Of a stretch of 64,000 nt of DNA, positions 25,659-40,083 are shown in pieces. Where the stretch lies: assembly GCA_964016885.1 (NCBI GenBank), contig OZ024746.1:45942001-46006000 (forward strand), given 5' to 3'. Source of the DNA: Eledone cirrhosa (lineage: Eukaryota). A model generated the notes under the pieces. It was not told the origin of the DNA, did not search any database, and saw only the letters and a program-made list of their open reading frames with translations. Each line of letters starts with the position of its first letter. The stretch's first letter is position 1. The translations under genes were made by a program, and so were the position numbers.

Positions 25659-27392
25659 TATATATATACCAGTCAAACTTCGATACTATGTTTCATGTAG
25701 ATCCCAGTGGTAAACATGCACTGAATAATAGCTTTGAATGAGCAGTCAAATGTTGACTGATGATCTTAGACTTCAATGGATGTGATATTTTATCAAAACT
25801 AACACATTGCATATATCTCCACTCAAGTCTACATGAAACTAATAGTATTACAGTTTGACAGATTCTATAAAAGTAACAATAAAAGAATAAGGGTTATAAA
25901 TATATACAAATTAAAAATAACTGCCTTTGTTATTTCGCTTTATTAATTAAGTCAATCTAAATTTAGTATATAATGTTTTTTAGTTTTTGTAAACTTTATA
26001 ATCTTTGCAAAATTTTTAAAGCGTATAATTCTCATAATTCTTGCAGCCTTATAACTGTTATAATTCTTTATATCTTTTTATATATATTTACAACTCTTAT
26101 TCTTTTATTCTAGTTTTTTATTATTTTATACAATTTACATAGGTCTGTTCTTCTCTATAGCAATTTAACACTTTAGCTCACGGCACGCGAGGCTGGTTTT
26201 TTACCAATGCCCAACAGTCCAGAATATAATATACCCTATGACCTCTGTGGCAGAGAATCTTGGGTTGTAATGGTATTTATAAGGATGGCAGTATTCCTGG
26301 CACCAATTAGCAACCCCCCTCCCCCATTTTCCACCATGCCTACCAGCCCACAATTCTGGTATTAATTGCTAGTGTGACATTCAGGATCGTCTACCTGGCC
26401 ATAACACTAAATTGGCCGGCTGTCCTTGAATCGAATTGGTCCAATATTATATATTTTCTATTCTCTGTTTGTGTTCGACATAATCCTGTTGTCTAATTCT
26501 GCAATTAACACCTGATGAAATCAACTAAGTTTTGCATCATGATCAGATGATATGGCTGGGCCATTGAAATATGTATAGTTTTTTCATTGTATTAAAATTC
26601 TAAAGTAAATTTCCAGTCTGGCCTTCTGTTGTTTTAATGAATATTTCACTCCGTTCCTACACCAGCCACAGGATACCACATGTACTGTGGGTGATTTGTA
26701 TAATATTGAGTGCTTTAATTAATTTATTGCATCATTGTTTACCAACTGGAACCACCAGTTCTACACACTGTAAACATGTGTACATATATACACATAAAAT
26801 GCATGAAAATATGTAAATAAATACATACCTACACACAGGCAAACATACATATATACAGGGTGGGTGTATGTATGGGGGTGACAGTGGTGGTGTAGTAGGA
26901 ATGAGTAAAGAGTATGAAGTAATGTGCATTTTAGAATTAAAGAATTGGGTACAGTGAAGATTATGTGAATATATAATTGTAGAAGCTGTATGAATGAGTG
27001 AGTGGTGTTTGGGTGTTATTATTTCATCCTTACGGGGTCGATAAAATAAAGTACCAGTAATGCACTGGGTAATTGCTGGCCTTGTGCCTAAAGTAGAAAC
27101 AATTATATATGATGGTGTGGGTATTAGGCACATAGCTCATGTCTTTATGAGCCTAACACCCAACCCACAACTAACATGTTCATATAATTCCATAATATTT
27201 ATAACCTCAATCTTGGTTATATCTCCATAAGTTATAATCATAAATCTTATATTTCACGTATTTACTTAACATAAATACGACACCAACATCACTCTTCTAT
27301 AATGACCCCGTGAAAAACAGGTGAAACTACAGAGTAGCAAGACTCACTATTCAGTCTTAATAAAAATACATATATACATATACACACACATA

Positions 27393-27658
27393 TTCATTTC
27401 ATTTCATTTCATTTTACGTCCGCTTTTTCCCTGCTTGCAAGGGTGGGACGGGAACTGATTCTGGCTTGATTTCTACAGCTGGATGCCCTTCCTAGCACCA
27501 ACCTCATTTACAGTGGGTGCTGGGTGCTTTTTTGCCGTGGCACCTCCACGACCACTTTGCAGTGGAATGATATAGACCCCAGTCCCTATGATTTCATTTC
27601 TACAGCTGAGTAAACTGGAGCAATGTGAAATAAAGTGTCTTGCTCAAGGAAACAACAT
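27393..27658 (-). mobile_element. SINE family B lacking the tRNA head, followed by a further RTE 3' UTR copy (27670-27970)
   Basis: Sequence identity to the other family B copies. Confidence 0.8.
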
Positions 27659-27999
27659 ATATATATATATCATCATCATCATCTTCGTTTAACGTCCACC
27701 TTCCACGTTAGCATGGGTTAGATGGGAGTTGTCCCACTTGAGACAAGGTTGGTCGGGTGACCATGTCTTACTCATATAGGACTATCTGGCAGGTTTTCTA
27801 CGGTTAGATGCCCTTCGCTAACACCAACCACATTCACAGTGTGGGACTGGCAACTTTTTATCATGTAACCTACACGGCCACATTACAGCGTCGACTGTGT
27901 ATTTTGGTCATGACGCCTACACGATCTCGATCTCATTATCTCATTTATTTGGACCGGATGTTGTGATACCAAATATATATATATATTCATATATAATCA

Positions 28000-28780
28000 T
28001 CATCACCGTTTTACATCCGTTCTTCCACGCTAGCATGGGTTAGACGGGTATTCCTGTTGTAGGCAGTGCCCAGTTGGCTGACCTTGTTTTGCTCATACGG
28101 GAACTGATTCTGGCTTGATTTCTACAGCTGGATGCCCTTCCTAACACCAACCTCATTTACAGTGATGCTGGGTGCTTTTTTTCCGTGGCGCCTACACGTC
28201 CAATTTACAGTGTGAGCTGGGTGCTTTTTTGCCGTGGCACCTCCACAACCATTTTGCAGTGCGAGGGTGTGGGGGCATATTGTCTATATGCTTCAGCTTT
28301 GGCTTGTACCCGTGGGGGATCGGGTCTTCTGAATTACTGCGTGACGCCAGAGGTCATGGTCGTGTGTCATCGCCTTTGAGAGGTGTAATTGGGTAAGGTC
28401 GGCTTTTATCACCTCATCCCAGGTCTTCTGGGGTCTCCCCACTGCGCGGTTTTGATCGACTTCTAGTGCCCTGCACCTTTTTATGCAGCTGTCATCCTTC
28501 ATACGCATCACATGTCCATACCAATGCAACCGCCTCTCCTGCACACAGCGTTTGATTCCTCTTATGCTCAGTCTCTATCTCAATTCATTTATGCTTTGCT
28601 GTTTGCATATATTACTATTACACAACCATCGGAGCATGCAGGCTTCGTTTTTTCTAATCTACGCAAGTCTTCCACAGACAGCACCCAGGTCTCACTACTA
28701 TGTAACATTACTGTTCGTATACACACATCATACAGTCTGCCTTTCATTTTGAGGGAAAAGCCTTTTGCAATAGCAGTGGC
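28000..28780 (-). mobile_element. 5'-truncated RTE LINE (RT C-terminus + 3' UTR)
   Basis: QERRLHWYGHVMRMKDDSCIKRC...GRPQKTW (ORF 28544-28293). The 3' UTR carries the segment shared with SINE B, then a (GAT)n tail. Confidence 0.85.
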
Positions 28781-29182
28781 AGTATATATATATATATATA
28801 TATATTTATATAAATATATATATTAATATATATATATTCATATATATATATATTCATATATATATTCATATATATTCATATATATATATATATATATATA
28901 TATTCATATATATATATATTCATATATATATATATATTCATATATATATAAATATATATATAAATATAAATTAGCGAGAATCGTATTTCGGCTTAGGAAT
29001 TAATGAAAAACAACTTCCGAGATGTGTGGCAAGCGCTCAATGATTCAGATGAACCAGAGCTATAACATACGTTAAAGGCCAAACACACTGAGACGATGGT
29101 TAAACAATCATCCGCACAGCCATAAAAACGACCAAGTAATTCGGGTCAAACAAATAAAAATATATGTGATTGAAAATGTATA

Positions 29183-31196
29183 TCATCATCATCATCTCAT
29201 CATCTTCGTTTAACGTCCATATTCCACGCTCGCATGGGTTTGGACGGGAGTTTTCCCACTTGAGGCAAGAGTGGTTGTCTTGCTCGCATAGGACTGTCTG
29301 GCGGGTTTTCTACGGCTGGATGCCCTTCCTAACACCAACCACATTTACAGTGTGGAACTGGGAGGTTTTTACCGTGTTACCTACACGGCCACATTACAGC
29401 GTGGACTCTGTGTTTTGTTGTCGTGACACCTACACGACCTCATTTGTTTCGGGCTGGATGTTGTGGTACCAACATAACTTTACATTGAAAGGGGTGGTGT
29501 GGATGGGGTGGGGCTAGTGGGACGGGGTGTATTTTGTTAGAGGTGCCTACTGACTGTAGTAGGTTTCACTTTGCACTTAGGTAAGGTGGGTCTTCTCTAT
29601 TATTGTGTAGCGCCAAAGATCTCGGTCCAGTGACATTGTCTTGGAGAGGTGTAAGTGTGTGAGGTCGGAATTTATCAAGTCGTCCCAGGTTTTTCTGGGT
29701 CTGCCTACTCCGTGGCTACCGTCTATTTTTATTGCCCTGCACTTTTTTATACAGCTGTCGTCTTTCATGCGCATCACGTGACCGTTCCAACATAGTCTTC
29801 TCTCGAGTAAACAACATCTGATCCCTCTTATTTCTAATTTCTCCCTTAGTTCGTTTATGCTTTGCCGTTCACGTATATTACTATTACACATCCAGCAGAG
29901 CATGCAAGCTTCGTTTCTCTCCAGTCTGCGTATATCCTCTGCACACAATGCCCAGGTCTCACAGCCATGTAACATTGCTGTTCGTATGCAGGCATCATAC
30001 AGCCTGCCTTTCATTTTTAGAGAGAACCCTTTAGCGGCCAATAGTGGTATAAGCTCTCTGAACTTTTTCCATCCCGTTCTGACTCTAGCTACTGTACTTT
30101 CAGAGCACCCTTCCCCACTGCTTATTTTATCACCCAGGTAACAGAAGCTGTCCACTATTTCTATGGAACCATCTGTGCAATGGAATGAGTTAGTATTCTG
30201 TGGGCACTTGCTGCTACTTATTGCACCAGAGCACCGGCCACATATAAAATCTATATTCTTAGTTAGCTTACCTGTGATCCCACTACATCTTTTATGTACC
30301 CATACTTTGCATTTGGGACATAAAATGGAGTTTCTACCTACTCCTTTCCTACACACCGAGCATGGCCATTTCCCAGATGGGACCAGTGCCCCATTTTCTT
30401 TCCTACAAACTAGAACTTTAGTCTTAGACAAGTTAACTTTAAGGCCTTTTGATTCTAGGCCATGCTTCCATGTTTTGAATTTCTTCTCTAGTTCAGCCAT
30501 TGATTCAGCTATGAGCGTTAGATCATCTGCATATAGGAGTTCCCATGGGCAACCGGTCTTGAACTCCCCTGTTATAGCCTGAAGGGCAATAATAAATAGT
30601 AGGGGGCTAAGGACGGAGCCCTGATGAACACCAACTTTTACGCTAAACTCTTCACTATATTCGTTGTTAATTCTAACCTTGCTGACTGTTTCTTTATACA
30701 TGGCTTGTATAGCTCTCACAAGCCATTCATCAACACCTAGTTTTCTAAGGGCCCACTAGATAATCGAACGGGGTACTCTGTCAAAGGCTTTCTCCAACTC
30801 AACAAAAGCTAAGTATAGGCGTTTACTTTTAGCTAGGTACTTCTCCTGTAGTTGTTGTACAATGAAAAGAGCGTCTGTTGTACTTTTACCTGACACAAAC
30901 CCGAACTGCATTTCATCTAGATCAATTCGCTCTCTGATTAGTTGCGCTATTACTTTTTCTGTGACCTTCATGACCTGGTCAATTAATTTAATGCCTCTAT
31001 AGTTTCCCCTATCTAGGGCATCAGTCAATGGCAACATTGAGAACTGAATAAATTAAATTAACCGATATAAAAGAAGCGAAAAGCGAAAACCAACCAAAGT
31101 GAGTGTGTTCTGTTATTTATTCTGGCAATATTACACAAATATGACCCTCCCCAAGTATAACTAGGGCATCACCTTTACCCTTGTAGCAGTTAATGA
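29183..31196 (-). mobile_element. 5'-truncated RTE LINE: RT (QGSVLSP, YADD), embedded PHD finger, thumb, 3' UTR, (GAT)n
   Basis: ORFs 31037-30756 and 30719-29577 are separated by a premature stop. A further 35 bp of the same RT (INCYKGKGDAL) lies at 31162-31196. Confidence 0.92.
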
Positions 31197-31574
31197 ATAT
31201 ATATAACGAAAGAAATGTGGTAAGGAACCAGCTGGACCATAACACACCAAAGTACTCAATACTTAGGGTAGTAGAGTGGGTAATATATATATATATATTC
31301 ATAGGAACGAGTAGGACCCCGTTCCTATTACCCACTCTACTACCCTAAGTATTGAGTACTTTGGTGCGTTATGGTCCACCTGGTTCCTTACCATATTTCT
31401 TTCGTTATATATATATTCATATATAGTTATACTTGGGGAGGGTCATATTTGTGTAATATTGCCAGAATTAATAACAGAACACACTCACTGTTTGGTTGGT
31501 TTTCGCTTTTCGCTTCTGTGTCTTTTATATCGGTTAATTTAATTTATTCGGTCCTCAATGTTGCCATTGACTGA
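31022..31574. repeat. Nested foldback: inner MITE-like hairpin (~31200-31420) plus outer inverted arms (31024-31163 / 31424-31574)
   Basis: Reverse-complement match of the arms. The inner element matches 62268-62460, and the outer arm sequence recurs at 32003-32093 and, more diverged, near 53020-53140. Confidence 0.85.
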
Positions 31575-32557
31575 CCAACGGTCAAAAATACAGATACAAT
31601 ATAGACACAAACACATATATATAGTCTATCAAAGTTCTTTCGTTGCACATCTGCAACATCATCAGTGGTGCTATTGTTTCCTCCCATTGCATTGTGTTTT
31701 CTACGCCATCTTTAATTGGTCTGTTTATGTTCATTTATTTGTTTTTGTTTTTTGTCTTTTTTGCGCATGCATTTGCGTGTGTGTATAGTGTTTTGTTTGA
31801 TGTGTGTTTGTCATTGGGTGACTGTGTATTGGTTAATGTATTCTATCTTTACTATTGTGTGTTTATATGTGTTTGTTGTTATTGTGCTTGTGTATGTAGT
31901 TATTTATTTATGTATTTATTTATTTATTTATTTATTTTTTTAATACTTCTCTTAGGTCAGTGTTGTTTGTTTGGGTGTTGTTGTTATTCCATTCATTTTT
32001 TCAGAAGCGAAAAGCGAAAACCAACCAAACAGTGAGTGTGTTCTGTTATTAATTCTGGCAATATTACACAAATATGACCCTCCCCAAGTATAACAATATT
32101 TGTTTTGACACACGATTTCATATCAAAAACCTCGCAAAACATATTCATATATATATATATAGAGAGAGAGAGATAGAGAGAGAGAGTTTAGGAAAGATCA
32201 TTTTCGAACAAGAAAACAGATGAGTGTAGGTGATAAAATTATTACAGCCCAAAATATGAGATTTATTGCAATAAACTACTCAGAAAGCCAAATACAATTC
32301 TGTTTTTGTTGCATGAAATCCTTTTTTGGTCGTATTTATCATTATATATACATACATATATATACATACACACATTTATACATATATATATATACATATA
32401 TATACATATATATATGTACATATACAAACACACATACACACACACATATTTATAAACATACATATACACATACACACACATATATAATTTTGCCAGGCAT
32501 TTGTTGAAACCTTTCAGTATTATGTAGAAAAATAGATGAAACATATGAAATTCCTAC

Positions 32558-32649
32558 CTTTAATTCAACTTCTCCTCTATATTTAAATTTATAGCCCCCA
32601 AGTTCATCAAGCTTCGCTTTTGTACAACCACTCAAGTGTATCCGGAAAG
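32558..32649 (-). CDS. Guanylate cyclase exon (92 bp, phase 1->0)
   Basis: (P)FRIHLSGCTKAKLDELGGYKFKYRGEVELK. Acceptor ttttacag, donor gtagga. Matches the RIHxS...RGxxxxK segment of membrane guanylate cyclases. Confidence 0.95.
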
Positions 32650-32951
32650 CTGTAAAAGAAATGCATTTGCACAAATCGAAAAATAACTTGTGAAGCTTAC
32701 AAGACATATTTCTAATATGTAATATTTATTTTCTTTGTTTTGGTTACAATAAATAACATTACCTTTTATAGGAATGTGTGTTTTAGTGTGTGTGTGTAGT
32801 TTTGTTTACTGATATTCTATCTGAAAATGCATCTAAATCCTTATCCACTATAAGAAAAAGAATTTGATTTAGCAAAGGAAAATTTACATAAAAAAAAAAT
32901 GTTCTTTCTTTTCTTTACATAAGTAGAAGCAAATAGTATTGGGCCTCTGTA

Positions 32952-33022
<71 letters not shown>

Positions 33023-33059
33023 CATATATATACATATATATATATATGTATATATATAT

Positions 33060-33440
33060 GAAATGAAACAACCATGTTTCGTTGGATATGCCATGTAAAA
33101 GTGAGAGAAAGGTAGTTCTTGGTTGAGCTGAGAGAAAGGCTGGGTTTATGGGGAATCCGAGATGGTGTGCAGGAGAGAAGACTGCATTGGGGTGGACATG
33201 TGATGTGCATGGACAAGGATCGATAGGTGAAAAAATGCCAGGAAATATCAATGCAAGGAAGCAGCAACACAGGACGACCAAGAAAGGCCTGAGCAGAGGT
33301 TGAGTGAATCCCAAATTGCTGAGATTGGCAGACAAAATGACGAAGGAATACGACAAGTGGAGAGATGCTGATCTGAGTAGGAACTGTCCAACCCATGCAA
33401 ACATGTAAAAGTGTATGTAAAAACGATGATGATGATGATG
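33060..33440 (+). mobile_element. Old RTE 3' fragment
   Basis: [41 protein letters not shown], followed by a (GAT)n tail. Confidence 0.75.
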
Positions 33441-33818
33441 TGTATATTTTAGTCCAAGTGGCTCTAATTTCACTGGGAAAGGATTTATATTAATTACAAG
33501 GACTAGAGTAGAGAAATGATGAAATGAATGAAAGCTTTACTTGTATTTGCGGTCACATGGCACTTAAATTCTATTGTGTACATGTTCTCTTCAGAATTTA
33601 AATATTTGCCCTCAGTTTAAAGTGTTTGAATGGATGGATTGTTGGTAAAATATGGAAAAAAGGCATTAAAGTGGTAGATCAAAGATACCTTAGTTTGAGT
33701 TAGATTGAGGATAGCCTGGTGATGATTTATTTGATCTTGAAAAATTAGCCTGTAGAATTTAAAGTAGTTTAATACAGAAAGTATCTCTGAGATGACTACA
33801 ACTAAAACTGAAAGATTA

Positions 33819-34004
<186 letters not shown>

Positions 34005-34627
34005 CTAATGTCTAGATTTTTTAAATTTTATTCTATCTAGTAATTTATGGTCACTAGTATTGTTGGTTATAGGTTTTCAATGGCTTAATCTCAGAGTAAC
34101 AAGAATCATCAATTAGCTATAATTAAAAAAATATTAATAAACTCTACTTTAGTATTGAGTACTCATTCTCATGTCTGTCAACATCACATGGATATCTATG
34201 TACATATATATATATAGATATTTATTTATATATATGGTATCATACCTAATGACTGATATAGCTGCAGCATCGTAAACTGCTACAAGGACAAAGGGGATGC
34301 ACAAAACCTCAATTAAAATATATGATACATGATGTAAATGTTGTATGTAACATGAAAGTTTAGCTCATCTATGAGTATAAATGGTATATGACATATATTT
34401 CTATTCATAAATTCAGAATTCATATTCCACATTTTCTGGAATTTAATAGTGTCATGGTAAAGTCATAATGAATTTCATTTTCTACCACAGCATGGTATTT
34501 TTTATTGGCATGTTTATAAACAAACTGAATACAATTTTATCCAATGAAAGTGATGTAACAGATCCGTTCAGTTAACATTTTAGCTAAACCATTTAAAATA
34601 TGTTTTGTCATCTGTCTAATATTCCAA

Positions 34628-35030
34628 ATAATTGTTTCTACTTTTGGCACAAGGTCAGCAATTACCCAGTACATTACTGGTACTTTATTCTATCAACCCT
34701 AAAAGGATGAAAGGCAAAGTAACCTCGGTGGGATTTGAACCCCGTTCGTAAAGTGACATAACGCTATGATGGAATGCATGGCGTCCGACTCTCTACAGAT
34801 ACTGCCAATCCACTGCCCTTGATATTCCTTAATATTCCTAATAACTGTTTCTACTTTTGGCACAATGCAAGCAATTACCCAGTGCATTACTGGTACTTTA
34901 TTTTATCGACCCCGTAAGGATGAAAGGTAAAGTTAACCTCGACGGGATTTGAACTCAGACCGTAAAGGGGTGTAACTATGCTAGAAAGCATGGTATGCAA
35001 CCCTCTACCGATACTGCCAATTCACTGCTT
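34628..35030 (-). mobile_element. Two tandem SINE family A copies
   Basis: 34628-34815 and 34840-35030 each match 1905-2091, and both are followed by cttaatattcctaataa. Confidence 0.85.
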
Positions 35031-35610
35031 AATATTCCTAATAATGAAAGAAATAACCAAATACTTGTTTGTATTCAAATTATAAATACAAATTTTAAAC
35101 TTTTATCAAATAATCTATTTGATGTCCATGTATTTCATATGGTTATATTTTGATATCAGTGGTGACACCAGATCAGGTGAAACTTGCCTTATCAATGGAA
35201 AATATAATAGACATTTCTTAAGAGTTTAGAAATATTTTATTATTGCTGGTTCTGGTATATGATTTCAGTACAATTCTATTTCACATCTTTCTAATTGAAT
35301 TGAGTGCATGAGCATGGCATCAATTGCAGACGTAGAGAAAGTCATCATAGGAATGTCTTCAGTTTCTTCCATTTGTTATGATAACTAGATTTATTTCAAT
35401 TTAGTTTCATCTTTTACATTTTCCTATTTCTTTTCTATTCATGCATTTGTGGCGGCAAGTAAAAGAAGACAAAAACCAGTAATATTTTCATTATTTACTC
35501 TCATAATTATCAAGATATGCTATTTCAGCTTTTGTGTTTGCACATTCGATACTGGATTCTTGTATTCAATATTGGATATTAGATTTGTTCCCTCATTTTT
35601 TCTATTGATT

Positions 35611-35660
<50 letters not shown>

Positions 35661-35663
35661 ATG

Positions 35664-35718
<55 letters not shown>

Positions 35719-35730
35719 TAATAATAATAA

Positions 35731-38700
35731 TGGTGGATATGTATCGTTATGGAATCGCTCCCGTAAGTTTTTGATTTTTACTTATTTAAAACAACTGTGA
35801 TAGAATAATTCTTATTACAAATGAAGTATAAGATTACAGTTTTTTACGCTCAGCAAGCCATAACGCATCACTTTACGGCATAGGGACCCAATATTTAATA
35901 TTTAATTTTTGATCAGAAATGTTATAGTCGAAAAAGAGGAAAATGGCTAAATAGCTAAATGGCTAAGTGGACAGACAGGCAAAAAATTTCACCACCAACA
36001 CCACCACCATCACCACGCCAAAAACTCTAGTCAAGTTACCTCAACTTCTATTTCTACTTCAACTTCAACACCATCACTACAGTACTACGATCACATCACC
36101 ACCACCACTGCCTCATTATCGCTACCGCCGCTATTCTCTCCCACTACCTCCTGCTAAGTACTACTAGCACAGCACCACCACAACCACCACTGCCTCATTA
36201 TCACTACTGCCGCTATTCTCTCCCACTACCTCCTGCTAAGACATGCATCGTAGTGTCCCCACTAAAAGAGGAAGGCATCAAAAGATATAAATAGACTGAT
36301 TTGATGACCCGGTCAAAAAATCAAAAATCAAAATCAAACCAGCACAGCAACAACGAAAAACGTAAAGAAAAGAAAAATGAAAAGAAAAACAAACAGACAG
36401 ACAGAGAAGGAAAAAAAAACAACTTAGTCAGACATTCAAACATTACATTACAATGAAACTTATGCTTATTCTTTTTTTTTTTTTTTTTTACCTATTTGTT
36501 TGTTTGTTTATTTATGTTCGTCTACAGCGTGATAGTGCAACACTAAAATCACCGGTGGTTATGTAACCATACATTCACCAATCCTCGATAAGAGTGTTTA
36601 AATGCTGAACCTAAACAGTTCGAATAACGGTGAAGTGGAGACTGGAATGTCATGTGACAGACTCTCACCCAGCAGGTGCTCCCTGGCTCAGCAGCGGGGA
36701 CCTGGCTGTCAACCAAATACTGCTGGTGTCGGAGGAAGAAGAAGAAGGAAAGGGACCAGAACCAACTGGACGAAAGAATTGAATAGAACTGTTATACAAT
36801 GTTACCTGAAGAGTAACCCCAAGGAGAAAGGCTATAGGAAATGGATGCATAACATCTGGAACGAGATTGGTCTATTTAAATCAGATGAACAAACTTGGCC
36901 GGGCAGGCTCGGGTAATAAGAACTAATGGGTGGATAAGCGAGCTGGAACTGGAGGAACTGAGCAGAGAGATTAGGTTGGAAATGGAGAGTGGAGTATGCC
37001 AGGCAAACGAGCCAGTGGGAAATGAAGGTGAAGAGGTTCCATCCGAAGCAGACAATGATCTGAATGCTGAAATAAATAATACCTGGAACAGAGATACGGC
37101 CATTGAAGAGATGAATCCTGACGGGCTAGGACAAGATTTGGTTGATATCCTAAACTTAGTGGTAGATGAATTGAACAATGATAGTGGGAAACCTATGAAC
37201 CTAAGATTTGTAGACAGGAAAAAGTTAAAAGAAACAACAGCTAAGGTAAACAAAGACACCCCATACCTTGAGGCGAGGAGCCTTCACCAGTGCAACAATA
37301 TCCTCAAAGCAACAGCAAACGCGGTGAAGAAATTACTTGGCATAAAAGCGAGAGGAAACAACAAACAATTGGTGGAAGAAACGACTGAATGGTCAAATCA
37401 GGGAAATGAGAAATGACATTGGAAAGCTTGAGTCCCTACTGAATGGGACACTAAAAAACATAGACACTAAAAATAGACTGGAAATAAAGTACAAAACTAG
37501 GAGGAAAAAGCTAAATATTATCATAGAGGAACTGAAGCAACGCATTGTAGCAAAGAATGCAAAAATTAGGCGATACGAGAGCAGAGTCAGTCAGTATAGA
37601 CAGAACTGCATGTTTGACAACAACCAGAAGATGCTGTTTGGACAGCTTGAAGGGAAAGAAAGAGGCAACGACTTGATCCCAGAGGCGGAACAAACTAAAA
37701 CATTCTGGAGAGGAATATGGGAGCAGGATGTTAAACATAATGACCAGGCAGTGTGGATTGAGAGAGTACAAAAGGAGATTAGTGAACAGGCACACCAACA
37801 AATTGATTTGAATATCACAGTTGAAACTCTTAAGGGGCAGGCCAAAAAACTAACCAACTGGAAATCACCAGGCCCAGATAGTGTGCAGGGGTATTGGATT
37901 AAAAATATAACATGCCTCTACTCGAAACTGACAACCATATTCAATGACTGCTTGATGTCAGGTGAGGTACCAGAGTGGTTGACAAAAGGTACCACAGTTC
38001 TGGTAATTAAAGACCGAATCAAGGGTAATGATGTTACCAACTATAGACCTATCACATGTCTGTCCGTAATGTGGAAACTGTCGACAAGCATTATGTCTGA
38101 GGAAATCTACCATCACCTCCACACAAACAACTTGTTACCGGACGAACAGAAAGGATGCCGAAAGAAGTCCCGTGGTACAAAGGACCAGTTACTTATTGAT
38201 AAGATGGTAATGAGGAATTGCAAGAGGAGACACACTGGTCTTGCCATGGGATGGATAGACTACAAAAAGGCATTTGACATGGTGCCTCATTCTTGGATCA
38301 CCAAAAGCCTAGAGATCTTCAAGGTGGCAGATAACATCAGACAGTTGTTGAGCAAAAGTATGAAGTCCTGTAAAACAGAGTTAACATCAGCTGGAGAATC
38401 CTTGGGAGGCATGAAGATCAAGAGAGGTATCTTCCAGGGAGATAGTCTGTCCCCTCTGATGTTTGTCCTTGCCCTGATGCCCCTGCCCATTAAACTGCGA
38501 AAAGTGAGAGCAGGATACAAGTTGGGAAAGGGAGAGCTTACCATCAATCACCTCCTCTTCATGGACGATCTTAAGCTCTTTGGGAAGAGTGAGAACGAGT
38601 TGGATGTGCTTGTTGATACTGTCCGTATTTTCAGCAATGATATATGTATGCAATTTGGTATTAGTAAGTGTGGAGTACTTGTGATGAAGAGGGGTAAATT

Positions 38701-40046
38701 GAGCAGAAGCAACGGAATCCAGGTACCAACAGGTGAGATGATAAAGGAAATTGACACTGAAGAAGGATACAAGTATTTGAGTGTTCTGGAGGCTGATGAC
38801 ATCAAGAACAAGAAAATGAAGGAATTGATAAGATCTGAATACATTCTGAGAGTAAGGAGCGTATTAAAGTCACAACTGAACAGTAGGAATGCCATAAGTG
38901 CAGTAAATGTGTCTATTATTAGGTACAGTGCGGGAATTCTGAGATGGAATGTTGCTGAACAAAAATAAATGGATAGGAAGACTAGGAAGCTATTGACTAT
39001 CTACAACATGTTCCACAAGAGGAGTGATGTCGATAGACTCTACTTGAGGAGATCTGAAGGTGGAAGAGGTCTTATCAGCATAGAGGACTGTGTTCAGATG
39101 GAGAAAAACAACCTACACAAATACATGACTGATAGTAAGGAGCCAATGCTCAGAATTGTACTGAAGGAGAGGACAATAGACCAGGGGATGTCCAAGGAGG
39201 AAATAACAGCAAGGAGAAAGAGCAGCCTTCATGAAAAATCCCTACATAGTACCTTCTTTGAGAAAACTGAATTCAGAGATCCACAGACATGGAGCTGGTT
39301 GCAAAGAGGAGACCTTAAAAAGGCTACAGAAGGAATGCTAATGGCTGCGCAAGAGCAGGCCCTCAAAACGAAGTGGTTGAAACACCATATTTACAAGGAG
39401 GAGGCTAGCCCACTGTGCAGGATCTGTGGAGAGAGAGAGGAGAATGTGGCTCACATTGTATCCGAGTGTAAACACCTAGTCCAGACTCACTATAAGGGCT
39501 GGAGACATGATGTGATGGGCAGGGTGATCCACTGGCACCTATGCAAAGTAAACAATTTACCACATTCTGAGAAGTGGTATGAGCATAAGCCAGAGTCGGT
39601 GATAGAAAACGACCAGGTGAAGGTGCTGTGGGATTTTAGGATACACAATAGACCTGACCTGGTGGTTTTGGACAAGGAAAAAAGATCATGCCTGATTGTG
39701 GATGTGGCCTGTCCTTTCGACACGAGAGTGCAAGAGGAGGAGAGGGAGAAAATTAACCGATACCAGGACTTAAAGTGGGAGGTAAACAGGATTTGGAACT
39801 TCCATGAAGTCAAAGTGATCCCGATTGTCATAGGCGCACTAGGTACTATCTCAAAAATATTCCAGGGATGGTTAAAGAAAATTGGCCCCGCCACGCTTTT
39901 TGGAACGCTTCAAAAGCATGCTTGCTGGGAACAGCAAGAACCCTCCGATACGTCCTGAATATCTGAGGCTGCAGGTAGTGGCTTGATATTCATTTCAACA
40001 CACTTTCCAGTTAACTAACATCAATGACTGAGACTCAAAGAACAAC

Positions 40047-40082
<36 letters not shown>
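35731..40082 (+). mobile_element. Near full-length R4/Dong-clade LINE (RT + CCHC + REL endonuclease), disrupted
   Basis: ORF pieces 36602-39958 carry YRPITCL, WIDYKKAFD, QGDSLSP, FMDDLKL, CRIC..HIVSEC, RHD and RPDLV..VDVACP..EKINRY. (AAT)n at the 3' end (40047-40082) and (TAA)n upstream (35660-35730), consistent with known Dong targeting of TAA repeats. The 5' boundary is uncertain (35731-36600). Confidence 0.88.

Positions 40083-40083
<1 letters not shown>

Noticed and set aside
33535-33600. CTGAAGA...CATGT...GCAAATACAAGTA on the minus strand as a hammerhead
   Set aside because: GAAA is interrupted and stem I does not pair convincingly.
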